Positions 51,506 to 63,539 of a stretch of 64,000 bases of DNA are shown one piece after another. The translations under genes were made by a program, and so were the position numbers. Below the pieces are notes generated by a model. That model did no database searches and was not told the DNA's origin. It was given only the letters and a program-made list of their open reading frames with translations. Position 1 is the stretch's first letter, and each line of letters opens with the position of its first letter. The stretch spans positions 37,264,001 to 37,328,000 of the forward strand of contig CM119372.1 of assembly GCA_051294905.1 (NCBI GenBank), given 5' to 3'. The stretch comes from Botryllus schlosseri (Eukaryota).

Positions 51506-54500
51506 ATTATTCGTTGCCAAATGAGCCCTTCGCTATACAGAGGCGACCTCCAATATATGCGATTAATATATTTATTGATCGAATTCATTCATTACCTTGG
51601 AAAATAGCCTATGTAGTGCTTCGCGCGACCAGGGCATGACTGCACACTGAACAGTTGCACACGGAGTTTTCATGACATAATTGATATCAATTTTGAAGCG
51701 TAGCCATATAAGTCTTGTTTTCAATGTTACCTAATTCGGTTCGTTTCTATCGGACGACTAAAAAAAGGTCATCAGTATTCAAGTTGCCCGCTCAATGGTT
51801 CGTAATTTGCATGTGGCCTTTTGGCCGAGAAGGTTGGCCACCCCTGACATAGATAGAATTTGACATTATTTGCTAATTACGATTCAGTCGCGTGGGGGAA
51901 GAAAGCAGCAATATGCATCTTCGCGATGCAGTCACAAACTGATGCAAGTTTTGGAACGCTTCTTCCCACTTGACAAAATTAAAAATATGTGTAGTGTAGC
52001 TTAGCTGCACGAGTCGAACAAATGATTAGGAAATACTTCAAGTCCTCGTCCATGATTACTTGACTAAGTGCATGTAGACTAGACAAATGCTATTTCACTA
52101 CTTCCTGAATTTCTTTTATGACCAATGTCTATTAGTGAGAGTGTGCGCGTTGGTAATCAGTACGGCGTGTAATGAGAAAATTAGTAAGATGCATCTCTGT
52201 AATAGTTGCTGACTCAGACATAAGAACTACACTTCGTTTGTTTTATCTACATTTTAATTATACAGGATGGGATATACGCCGTGTTTGAATGATACATATA
52301 TAATAGGTTATTAGAGAGTCCATGTTATAAAAGCTGATAAAATATGAAAAAGGAAGGACATTTAGAAAGGCAACCTTTCGTGCATAGTGAATAATTCGAG
52401 CTGTGCCACAATGAAACAATTTTGCATGCCATCGGTAATTATATGTTTGCATATGCTTAATGATCATATGATAGTCATTTAACCGTCACTGTGGCATATA
52501 ATTTTCAAAGTAAATTGGTAATATACTGTTGGAGTCGGGGTTTGAGTCGAAGTCAGAGTCGGTACATTTAAAGACTCAGAAGTCGGAGTCGGAGTCGGTC
52601 CATTGAAAATATGTGGAGCCGGAGTCGGAGTTGGAGAGGGTAGTAAAATTTACCGACTCCACAGACCTGGTTCCAACCATCCCATATCGATATAGGTCGG
52701 CTATATCGAGTGGTAATTGTCCGTAGGCTCATGCAACATGTACAAAAGTATTTACACAATTATGGCATAATTTTACAATTAAAAAAAAAAAACAATTTTT
52801 TAAAAGCCTTTGTTTGAAACATTGCGTTTGTTTCCAATGCGACCCTACTGTCAAGTGAGTTCCTCTGAACAAAATATTATTGTAATGAAAGGGAGGATGC
52901 AAATCAATAACAGTGAGCTGAACCAGTTATCAGTCAATCGTCGTTTTTTTTTCTGGTTCGACATATGTCTCTGGGCCGGCATATCACACATAAACGAATT
53001 CATCGTCATTGTGCTGGATACCTTTTATCAGCTCAGAACACCTTCATTATTGACGATTGCGATAACTAAAATTACAGTCGGGATTCTAAACGAATTGTCG
53101 TAGCTTTTCCATCAGAAATATACCTTGGGAAGAGCATTTAAACAAGAGGCGAGCACACCGAATTCGAAGCTACAGTATATAGCATGGAATAGGACAAGCG
53201 ATGAAAATAAAGTGACACTCTGAAGCAGTGGTTCCTAACCTTTTTTTTTACAGCGGTCCCTTTCAAAAATTGCCTGAGTGTGGCGCCCACTATTTTAAGT
53301 AATGTAGTAAAAACAAAGGGTAAGTGGTCGAGGTCCGCTTTCGCGTTGGGACTTCAGACTTCACTATAAGACCACTCGACTACTTAACGGTATAGTTGTA
53401 TGTGCTACTCTCGGGATCAAATCCAGGTTGCTATACCAACCATCGAGTAAGGCCTATACGGGCTCATGGCATTTGGTTCGAGATCGATATACACATCCCA
53501 AATTCTCCTCTGCGATTGCCAATACGGCGGCGTTAACTGTATTCAGTTTTGTTTTATTGTTTTATGTAACTACTAAATCAACTGAAAATGCGCTGAAGCT
53601 TTGCTCACGAAAATTTATTCCTGCACCAAGCTCTTAACTTTAACGTTAATGCAGGTAACAACACTAAGGAGTATCATCCTTTATGATACGATGAAGAGAT
53701 ATTCTGACAATTTAATTTTGTAGCTTTCAAATGCAAGTATATTTTGTTAATGATTTTGGATAAAAAGCTTCAAAACATCTTTAATGTATAAAGGGCATCA
53801 CTCTCAAAAGTTTTACAGTAGCCTACAGTGGCGTTTCTATTTCAGCACGCAGTGAGCTGCAAGATAAAATACCTGGTTGAAAACATTTTGTGGAAAATAA
53901 TCCAAGCTCTCAGTATAAGCATCAGTTTATTAATACTTTCATCATTTCAAAACACCACAAAACTGAATTAAACACGAATTAAAATAAACTACTGCTTTCA
54001 TGGAAACATGGTCGTTGGATATTTCGCGATGAGCTGAACGAAAAATGTCGTGATTCGACAGATTTTGTCAAATGTTAGTTTGCAATGAGAACTCGGGGAT
54101 ATATAGAACCATTGTTCTGCTATATAATCCTATGTTTTCAGTACACCATCTACTTCGAGGCCATTTTTCTTCAGCGCCCCCATACCGCCATCCTGAGCCC
54201 AGCACTCCCCATTCTGCCTCTGAGCGTCTCCGCCCCCTTCAAAATCCGAATCACGTCCAGTGACCGTGACAGCACTGCGCATTCGCGCACGAGCACAGCT
54301 TAGAGGGAACATGCTTTTGACTCAGAGGCTTGTTACTTGGTTACAACTCTGCTTAAAATTCATCTATAACACTGGTCCGCACAATTTTTGTTGACTTTGA
54401 TCAGACAATTGATTTTGTTCAAGTTTTTGGCGCTGAATTAAAAAATGACTTCCGTTTTTCTTCATCACGTCATGTTTTGGGTTAGGCGCCCACCACATTG

Positions 54501-54819
54501 TTTCATAACCCACATAACTGCACTACTTTTAATATTTTGTGTTTATTGTGTAAAACGTTTCAAAAACCACCAGCAGTCGAAAGTAAATCAATAGATGTCA
54601 ATTAAACATTTGCACTGCTTTACTTGGTCGATTTAAACTAATATTGCTTCTACAGGACTAATAAAGTGCAAGTTTCAGAGTCCAAATTTACGCTAAATCA
54701 TGTGCAAAATCAAAATCAACATTTTTTTCGTTCAAAATTGTTGCCCCGTGTAATAGGGTCCCTGTTCAATAGATGATTTATTACTCCATGAGATTTCATT
54801 CAATTCGACATGTAGTAAT

Positions 54820-55400
54820 TCAATTCGCATTGACTGGCACTTCAACGTCAGCAACACGAATCCAAAATAGATTCCTGAAATCGCCTCACAGCCGATGCAC
54901 ATCCTTCATAATGTCGTGGGGGCCGAAGTAGTAGAGAAACGGATTCAATATATTTGTAGAACGAAGCGAGCCATGTGCACGGATCAACATTACCATTGAT
55001 GTACGCTACGGCAGATTATCACGCTTGAAGCCGATGTAAGTCATTGTAGCGGACCCCGCCGCGTAACCAGTACGCCAGCTACTGGCTATCGTGGCCAGCT
55101 GTATCACAGCTCTCCCATCCTTCTTTTTTGAAGTAGCACTCGTCGAGGTCGTAGGTACTTTGCGTCGCTCCGGGAATATACAGATGAAGATATATAATCC
55201 AGTCACTACGAGCATGGGGATCAAAATGCCGACGGTGATTGAGAAATAGAATATCAATCTGAATATCGCATGGTTGCCTTTAGTCAGGACGCTCCTGAAT
55301 CCAAATTCTATCACTCTCGCATCAAATAGGAATACCAAGGGGAAGGATAGAATCGCGGCGTAACACCAGCAAAGCGAAATCTACCGAACACATTATCACT
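54820..55400 (-). pseudogene. 5'-truncated GPCR pseudogene (TM4 to C-terminus), subtype A
   Basis: CVR*ISLCWCYAAILSFPL..ITVGILIPML..RDNLP*RTSMVMLIRAHGSLRSTNILNPFLYYFG..VADVEVPVNAN*; at least three in-frame stops; starts about 35 bp after the stop of 55435-56397. Confidence 0.93.
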
Positions 55401-55434
55401 TCGTAATACGCCATCCATCTGGGTATGTCGAAAT

Positions 55435-56397
55435 TCAATTCCCATTGACTGGTACTTCAGCGTCGGCCACACGAGCCCGAAATGTCTTTCGAAAATCTTT
55501 CCACAGCCGATGTACATCATTTCTTATTTCGTGCGATCCGAAATAGTAGAGAAACGGATTCAGTAATTCTGTAGAGCGAAGCACGCCGTGAGCAATGAGA
55601 AGCATTGCCATTGACGTCGTGTAGGGAAGTGAATCACGCATAAGGCCGATGTAAATCTTTGTAGCGGACTCAACAGTATATCCAGTAAGGCAGCTAGCGG
55701 CTATCATGGCCAGCTGTCTGACAGCCCTCCCGTCGTTCTTTTTCGAAGTACCACTAGTCGAAGTCGTCGGTACCTTGCGTCGCTTCAGGAATATACAAAC
55801 GGCGATGCATAATCCTGCTACTACGAGCATGGGGAAGAAGATACCGACCGTGATTGAGATATAGAATATTAATCTCACCAGCGAGTGGGTCCCTTCGCTC
55901 AGGCCGCACCGGACTCCAGATTCAGTCTCTCTCGCGTCCATTAGGAATAACAGCGGAAAGGACAGAAGTGTTGCGTAGCACCAGCAAAGCCAAACCCACC
56001 GGACACATTCTTGCGCTGTCGTTTCGTTTCTAGACGATAGTGCGTGGATGATTCTGCGCATCCTGAGTACACTGAGAAGCAGAACGTGGTGGAGAGTCGC
56101 AATTGAAGTGAGTACGTCGATAGGCTGAGCAAGAATGCATATGAATCGATGGTTCCTGAAATAGCGTGACGTTAGTACCACAACCACGTGCATGGGGCTG
56201 TTGCAAGCTGAAATCGCATCGGAGAAGCAGAGTCCTATGATGATGACGTTAAAAACGGTTCGTTTGGCTCGGAGCAGTGACGCGATCATGACGGTGTTCG
56301 CCAGAAAGCCAATCACAGCGAAACCAGAAAACAGCACGGTTGTACCAGTGTATAACGCATCACTGGCACCGTACGGTCGGTGTGTGACATTAGACAT
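55435..56397 (-). CDS. Intronless rhodopsin-class orphan GPCR, subtype A (320 aa)
   Basis: N-terminal sequon NVT, N1.50, LCFSD, C3.25, SVLRMR, FFPML, NPFLYY; 62/84 identical to the 19383 gene over ICL1-ICL2 by manual count. Confidence 0.93.
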   Translation of the reverse strand: MSNVTHRPYGASDALYTGTTVLFSGFAVIGFLANTVMIASLLRAKRTVFNVIIIGLCFSDAISACNSPMHVVVVLTSRYFRNHRFICILAQPIDVLTSIATLHHVLLLSVLRMRRIIHALSSRNETTAQECVRWVWLCWCYATLLSFPLLFLMDARETESGVRCGLSEGTHSLVRLIFYISITVGIFFPMLVVAGLCIAVCIFLKRRKVPTTSTSGTSKKNDGRAVRQLAMIAASCLTGYTVESATKIYIGLMRDSLPYTTSMAMLLIAHGVLRSTELLNPFLYYFGSHEIRNDVHRLWKDFRKTFRARVADAEVPVNGN

Positions 56398-57876
56398 CGA
56401 ACTCCGCGATTACATACAGTAAGTGCATATATCTGAAAATGTAAAATCATGGGAACATGCACGCTAAAAATGTCGTATATTCTCGGGCAGTTTTATAGCT
56501 TCTCGAGTATGCGGTTATGTCATATCTATCTCCGAAACAGCTTAGACTGAACTTTGTAATATGATGACTCTGGCGATTTGTTTTGACATGTCAAAATAAT
56601 AAAATAATTGACAAAATTGTAGCGTTAGGTCAAAAAGTTGACAAAATTGTGTACAAAGTCAACCTATATTTCGTTTCATTTCAGATGTTTGCACTGTCGG
56701 TGAACTTATCATTTGACATTTTACAACTTGTAGCTGACTTCATCGGCTTATCGTTGTAAACGGCCCATCGTCTGCTCATTGTGAATCATATGTCGTCATA
56801 TGAAACAAATAGGTTGACCTAGTGTTATGGCCAACGTACCGCAATATCTGAACTGAAGCAAGACTGCGTGGGCACTGGTTCTTATATCAAGAAGCGCACG
56901 ATGAACAATCGTGTAGTAGACAACATTGTCAGAATGAAGCAACAAGGAGTGTCATCAGAAGTGCACGCACAACTTCAGTGTTGCCAGCCATAACTACTGC
57001 TTTTGAACGTTCCTTCCCCATTCTTGGCAAGCTACCCAGTAAGGACAGATACGTTCTACCCGAGAATGTAGGAAAGTATCTTTATTTCTACCATAATGCG
57101 TGATGTAACGATTGGAATTCTTCATAGGTCCAGATTTCAGCATATCCCGAAACTGCCTTCCATTTTAAGTCTAAAAAGTTAGTAGTTTCGCCTAAAAACT
57201 AGTAAAAGGGAATTAGTCTTGGATGAGTAGTGCAAGTGGGATAAATATACTTGATTATTCCGTAAAATTTGACGGAGTTCGATAGTGACAATATTTTGTG
57301 AATACTTACGTTACAACACTGCCCTTTTTCAAGCGTATTATTAGAAAGTCACGAACTTCGCAATATGATTTAGAAATATGGCGCTGGCAAATTCGGCAGC
57401 AACGTCTCTCAACTCAATGATACCTGCACCAGCTATACGAAGATTTTGACCCAAAAATGATTATTAAAAATATGTAGCGACCTACCTAGTCTGACTCTCA
57501 TACAAGGAATAGTGACTTATAATTTCCGATTTTCAAACAGGATCAGAATCCCTCCAGTAATCATGAGCTGAAGATGTAATGCATGGGATGATCCATATGT
57601 GTCTGAACTAGTGAATGCACCAATCCGCTAGTTTACACATGCTACGACAAGCCCCATCACTAACAGCCCCCTCATACTATGTAGATCAGGGCAGTAATTG
57701 TTCCCGGTGGGCCAAATATGAATAAAAAAAATACGTTTGCGGTCTGAGACAAAGTTTAGGCTATATTCTGCAGCGCGCAGTGTTATTTCTAAATTCATGG
57801 AAGTGAATTACATTGCCACCACTATAGTTGATACAAGTGATGTGCTAATATTCGGCTGTATCACGGAGCTCTATAT

Positions 57877-58321
57877 TAGGCTTACCATATTTTGAAAATG
57901 CAAAAAGAGGACACTTTTTCAGAAATTTGCAAGATACAAAACCGGAGTAGAATTCCCAAAAACCGGTGAATTTTTCCCACTTTGCGGTCGGTTGACTAAA
58001 AAAAAAAAAGGTCATCACTTCCGCTCAGAGCTCAAAAACACGTTTTTCACTCCACATTGCTTGGTGGATGACTAAAAAAAAAAAGGTCTTCATTTCGCCC
58101 AGAGCTGAAATCACCGCTTTTCCTCCAAAATACCCGCCGGAGCTTCACTTCTGCGCTATTTTGCGGTATATCACTCGCAATTTCCTCTATATCTGACCTA
58201 AATTTTCAAAAAAGAGGACAAAATCTCAAAAAAGAGGACAAAACGGCGTCCTCCGAGGACACTTTCAAAAAAGTCAAAAAAGAGGACAAATCCTCTTAAA
58301 AGAGGACGTATGGTAAGCCTA
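57877..58321. mobile_element. hAT MITE family D
   Basis: Perfect 13-bp TIR TAGGCTTACCATA; perfect TSD CTCTATAT; AGAGGAC repeats. Confidence 0.93.
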
Positions 58322-59053
58322 CTCTATATGGCTTGGTGAAATAGCCCTGTTGTGCTGCTAGCTTCGTTAGCAGGTGATCCGCATCAGCCAAGTGATATTT
58401 TATATTTCACTGCATGATTTTTCTTATAATGCCGACTCCAATTACATTCACTAATCACAGAGACCTGCTCGATACCCACCGTTAATTAAAATGACCGGTA
58501 AAGAGATGACTTCAGAAAACAAATATTTAGTGCTTCTAATCCTGCTAAATTGTCAGCGCACAGCAGCCGCACCTTTCACAGATCAATATAACGTTGTATT
58601 GGGTATTCGGCGACTATACTATACACACACGACTGAAAAGGTCAATCTACCCCAGAGTGCTCGCGAAAACTGCCGTGGAGGCTGTCTAAAAACGCAAACG
58701 CGAACTGTCCATGAAAAGTCGGATTTGAGGCACCGATGCGGTGAATTAACCTTTTAGTCTCTCAACCTACCGGTCGGTAAGCAGTACCTGTATAAATTTC
58801 TTTCTTTTATGTATCGTTTTGGGGTAATCGTGATTAGTAATCGTAATCGATTACGACGATTACAACATTTCCAAGTAGTCGTAATTGCAATCGATTACAT
58901 CCGAAAAAAATCAGAAAATCCGAAGTAATCGTAATAGACTATCTCACATATCTAATCGAATTCTTTGTGACAGAACGATTACTTTTAATTTGTGCAAAGA
59001 CCATGACATAAACTGAACATTCGTGAGCAATGATTTATAACAGGTGATTGATA

Positions 59054-59326
59054 GAGCTTCTTGGATGTACGTAACTTCAATATACAATTGAATAGTATTC
59101 ACACTGAAATGGACCCGAATATTTTCGGCTGACACTCGTCAGGGGTATAATCGTCAGAAACCAGTAGAGAATTGGAAAGAACATAGCATATCAACATTTT
59201 CATTTCATGCTGGTCGCGGTATATTTTGTGATATGATTCTTGATATACAATGTTCTTTCCAATTCTCTACTAGTTGCTGTCGATTACCCCTGACGAGTTT
59301 CAGCTAAAAATATTTGGTTTCATTTC
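59054..59326. mobile_element. Penelope-like element: inverted pLTR pair
   Basis: GAGCTTCTTGG tail plus antisense pLTR joined to a sense pLTR; degenerate TSD beginning AACAGGT. Confidence 0.82.
59113..59146 (-). ncRNA. Minimal type I hammerhead ribozyme (intact core)
   Basis: Identical 34-mer to 37104-37137. Confidence 0.8.
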
Positions 59327-59344
59327 AACAGGTTACAATAAGCA

Positions 59345-60660
59345 ACAATTTTGAACGTAAAATTTGTTGACTTTGATTTTCCACTTGATTTAGGCTAATT
59401 TTGGCGTGCTGATTTCAAAAATGCCACTGGGTTTCTTCTATCACGTCAACTCTTTGCTTTACGACATATGCCCAACATATGCAAATTTTCACGAATTTAC
59501 CCATATTACTTTTCCATATCATATCAAAATCCACACTTTTACCGTGTAGTAAGTTATTTAGTCAAGAGCTCGATTGAATTATGTATAGGGAAAAGGTACT
59601 GGTATCGATCTCGGCCGATGCTTTCTCTTATTTTTGGATAGAGGATGCAGCCATCCGAGGATATTGCACACACATATTTGATGCAAACTGCAGGATATGG
59701 CAAGAAAAATAAACATGACATTTACTATCAGCTATAGGTCCAATGCCCCATTCAGCTTATTCAGTGTAACCTGAAACTCCTATACACTCGATAATTTGGA
59801 TCAAGATGAAGATCTTAGGGATAGCAGGCCAAATGATGAAGATTTTGAAATCGTAGTTGATTCAGAACGTAGAGTAGTCCATCAACACGAGTTATGGATC
59901 TGACATAAGCTTTGGGACTTGGAATAGAAATCTTCGGAACTTTTAACATCCTTATGAAGTGAGAAACGATTACTTGGCTAGGTAGAGAAGGTATCTCACT
60001 TTCGATCAGAAGAAACAGCCTTTTCTTCATAGGCCTACTTTCGGTAGCTTTGTGCATTGCCGTGATACTGGCATTGTCACGATACCGTTACCATGGATTA
60101 CTGGAGAAGTTAGGAATCCCTATTTACAAGTCAAGTGAATGGCAAATGCCTATAGATAGCTCAAAAAGGATCCTAAAGTGTGTCATTCTCCAAAATGGCA
60201 AAGTCTTAGGTTCAGTAACAATTGCACACTCATTTAGTCGCTTCGTGAATAATACAGAAACATTAGGAGTAATACCAAAGGTGGTCAGTAACGAAGTACT
60301 TCTACGTTTTGAAGTACTTGAAGTAGATTTTACCTACTCGCACTCCTTATTAAGTAGTCATGATTTTAGACTACTTCTACTTCTACTGGACAGTTTTCAT
60401 TTTCAGGAAAAAATAGGCGTAGAATACCTACTTAATTACTTGTGAACCGCCAATCCTACTTCTATTTGGTAGAAATTCTGGCGTTACATCTACTTTTACT
60501 TGAGTAGCGACGGCGACTACTTTGACCACCTCTGAGTAATACAGAAACATTGAATTATTGCAATATCATGAGCACGATTGGATCATATGTGTCAGCTTTG
60601 AAATATTGTGTTTTCTAGTGGTCCGACAATAAGGTTGCACATGTCACCCTGATACACATG
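59345..60660 (+). mobile_element. Degenerate DNA transposon, probably Chapaev3 (CMC superfamily)
   Basis: SSEWQMPIDSSKRILKCVILQNGK..SVTIAHS..LQYHEHDWIICV relic of the DSSK.SLK.VLLHNG..Y..H.W.IC motif; related terminus CACTGGTCC..TTTTGGCGCTGAATT near 54370-54460. Family name is from memory of the motif. Confidence 0.6.
60276..60534. mobile_element. hAT MITE (CTACTT motifs) nested in the transposase relic
   Basis: CAAAGGTGGTCA / TGACCACCTCTG termini; perfect TSD AGTAATAC. Confidence 0.88.
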
Positions 60661-60944
60661 TGCCACGGCCATATATTTATGTCGGACAGCAGACATTCAA
60701 AAAAGCTAAAACATCTAAATACTTTCCCTACAAACCTTGACATAGTCAGAGATGGACAAGGAGGAGAAAATGTTCCCCAACACCTGAAGAGAATTTAATT
60801 TTAGTGCTTGTCAAATGTAACATGAATATAATCCGGTGTATGCAAGATGCATACACATAATAATGGTTACTTAAGTCAGTGCTTCCAAACCAGCAGGTCC
60901 CAACTGGTTGGTCGCGAAGCTATTTCAGGAGGTCGACGAAGAGA

Positions 60945-61390
60945 GAGAGAGTCTTTATTTTCATCCAACCAAAATACATAACACACGTCAGTGGTGGTGG
61001 TACAGAAAATATGCATGCACAGTATTCGGTATTAGATAGGAATAGTCGATAAGACCGTGAAGGTCATCTAGTCTGATCACACCAGCATCAAACAGGTACA
61101 CTTGACTCTAAACAGTCTGGCTGTAAAAAATGTTGCGGTAGTTAAAAAAATAAAAGAGAAGAAAAATTAAACGATGGTAGCAAATATCAATGAAGCAATG
61201 TCTGGGCGAGGTAGGGCAACAGTGTTAATGTAACGACAAGAGGGGATCAAGTAGGGCTTTTTTGAATCTATTATAAGGCAATTCACGGATATGTGGTGGT
61301 AATGCATGCAAGAAATTGTAAATGTTCCAGTTTCTATTCAATTTCACAAACATTCCAAAGTCTCTATCTTCTCTCGATTACACGGGAGAT
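60945..61390 (-). mobile_element. LINE 3' end (second copy at about 39480-39700)
   Basis: Minus strand ..ALPPHIRELPYNRFKKALL, then a 3'UTR shared with 39480-39640 ending AATAAAGACTC(TC)n. Confidence 0.65.
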
Positions 61391-61830
61391 TACCCGTTCT
61401 TATTCTCTAAATTGAATCATTTTTACTCTCTTGAGTGCCAGGAGCCACGCTTTCGTGCTTGCAGTATTTCTTAGTCAGATGTTGGTGACAGTCGATTTGA
61501 TTTGAGCACGAAATTATGCTTAAAATTACGGAATATTTAGGCCTTTCTCCGGGGGCTTTACGAACATTTAATCCATCCCGATCATAATGAGCAAGGAATT
61601 GCTGCATCGCAAGCTATAATTGGGACCCCTTTTTGTTCGGCGTAAAATACGAATTACTGCTTGAATACTCGCTTTCTCGTTTGTAATCATATATTACGTG
61701 TCTTCTTGCTTACTTGATGCACTGGTACGCTCGCGCAATTTGACTCGTGGGCGTATAATTTGAGTCATTACTCACATGACTCATTGTACGTCAAATTACA
61801 TTCTACTTCGTTCGGTCATATCACCTAGAG

Positions 61831-62583
61831 CAGGGGTGACCAACCTGCGGCCGTCGACACGTATTTCAATTAGTATGTGTTGGCGACCGTCTACATGCAA
61901 ATTAAATTTACGAATTGACTCCCGTATTTTCGAGACATTTTAATTGTTCCTGAATTTATTTCGCGCTGCGATGCAACACGACTTCGATTTTAATATACTG
62001 ATGTATTTTGCAATCTGAGACCAACAGTATATATGCGAACAGCAGGGGAAAACGATGCGTCCTATATAGAAATATCGACTTGGAATGGTGCGCTCATCAC
62101 GAAAGAAATTTATTTGAGGTAAGTTTGGGCGATTCCAATATTTTTCCGTCCTAGGCTATATACCACCCCAAGATCAATCATAATTTATACCTTGCCCTAA
62201 ATTTTTTAAAGCACTCCATCCATTAACTCTACCAAGGAATTTGACCGCATGATCTGAGAAAAGATCAATATTTGAATATGTGAAACCACTTATATCAATG
62301 ACGAAATTAATTCGTGAATCTGAAAGATTTTCGCGATTCGCGCGACCATATCGAAACCAAGAAACTGTTCATAACATTATAACTCGTAATTTCGGTACGT
62401 ATAGTAAGCCAATATGAATAAATACATTCATACGGAGTTCATCGAAAATGGACATGGACAGTTTAGCATGGATATATTTGGCGTCCAGTTAGTGCTTTAC
62501 GACCACCTCATGGAATGCGGCCGTAGGCTTCATGAATATAATCGAAATGCAGCCGTGAAGAGCAAAAAGGTTGGTCACTCCTG
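61831..62583. mobile_element. Buster-type hAT MITE
   Basis: CAGGGGTGACCAACC / GGTTGGTCACTCCTG; TSD ACCTAGAG/ACCTAAAG. Confidence 0.88.
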
Positions 62584-62687
62584 ACCTAAAGGGTCGCTCA
62601 ATGAAACATTGCAACGAAAGTGCGTCGCGAGCTGAAAATGATTGTAAAGCACTGGATTAAGCCACCTCAACGGTCTAGATTCTAGAA

Positions 62688-63539
62688 CAGGGGCGGGCAA
62701 CTTCTCGAGTCGGCGGGCCGGATATAGGAAAATTAAGTACTTGGCGGGCCGGATTGCTGAATCGATACAATATTCGCTTATTTATCCACATTCCAGATAT
62801 ACAAGGAATAAGCCATTTCTCGCCGATAATGACGAAGACAATGTGGATTTGAGAATAGCATTGTCATACAGGCGCCGCCATGTCTGCTTCTATCTGATCA
62901 ATCAACACACGGTGCAATCCTCAATTAAGATTTCAAGGAGTTCGATAACCCCGGCACCCCTAATTTACCAACACATATATTCGTTAGGGTTGAGTAGGTG
63001 ACGAGATAGCATCGTTGTGCAACTGTGTGGCCTGAGAAATCTCGATAATGAATTCATGCGGTCCGCGACCTCTACGAAATTTGAAAAGTGGTCTGTGACC
63101 CGTTTTGAGTTGGCGACCCCTGGTATAAGCAGTGTTTTCGTCTTACAAAAGCCTAGAAGTGTGCCGTGCTACAAGTCGGCGGTTGCAGAATGAAAAATAA
63201 GAAATATCAGCCTGGTGTAATTGACCATTGTAGTCGACAAACACCATGATTACCACAAACGACATTAGGGTTGAGTACATCGCAAATGCCGATAATGCAA
63301 GTCTTCTCGCTTCGACGAAATTTCGCGTAAGCTCCACTCTAGCACGCTGCGCATATACGTATATATTAACATGCACTATGCAGTCACTAAAATTTGACGT
63401 TGTAAGCAAGTAGTGGGAAATCTCGGCAGACTAGGGCCGCGGGCTACATTATCATGTAAAACGGAAAACTGTCCGCGGGCCGGACAAAATCCCTTCGCGG
63501 GCCGGATCCGGCCCGCGGGCCGTATGTTGCCCACCCCTG
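62688..63539. mobile_element. Buster-type hAT MITE (GCGGGCC motifs) containing a SINE 3' fragment
   Basis: CAGGGGCGGGCAAC / GTTGCCCACCCCTG; perfect TSD TTCTAGAA. Confidence 0.9.

Noticed and set aside
54820..56397. Read-through 11-TM fusion receptor
   Set aside because: The frame is shared, but TGA, TAA and TAG follow within 18 codons of the stop and more stops occur in the half copy.
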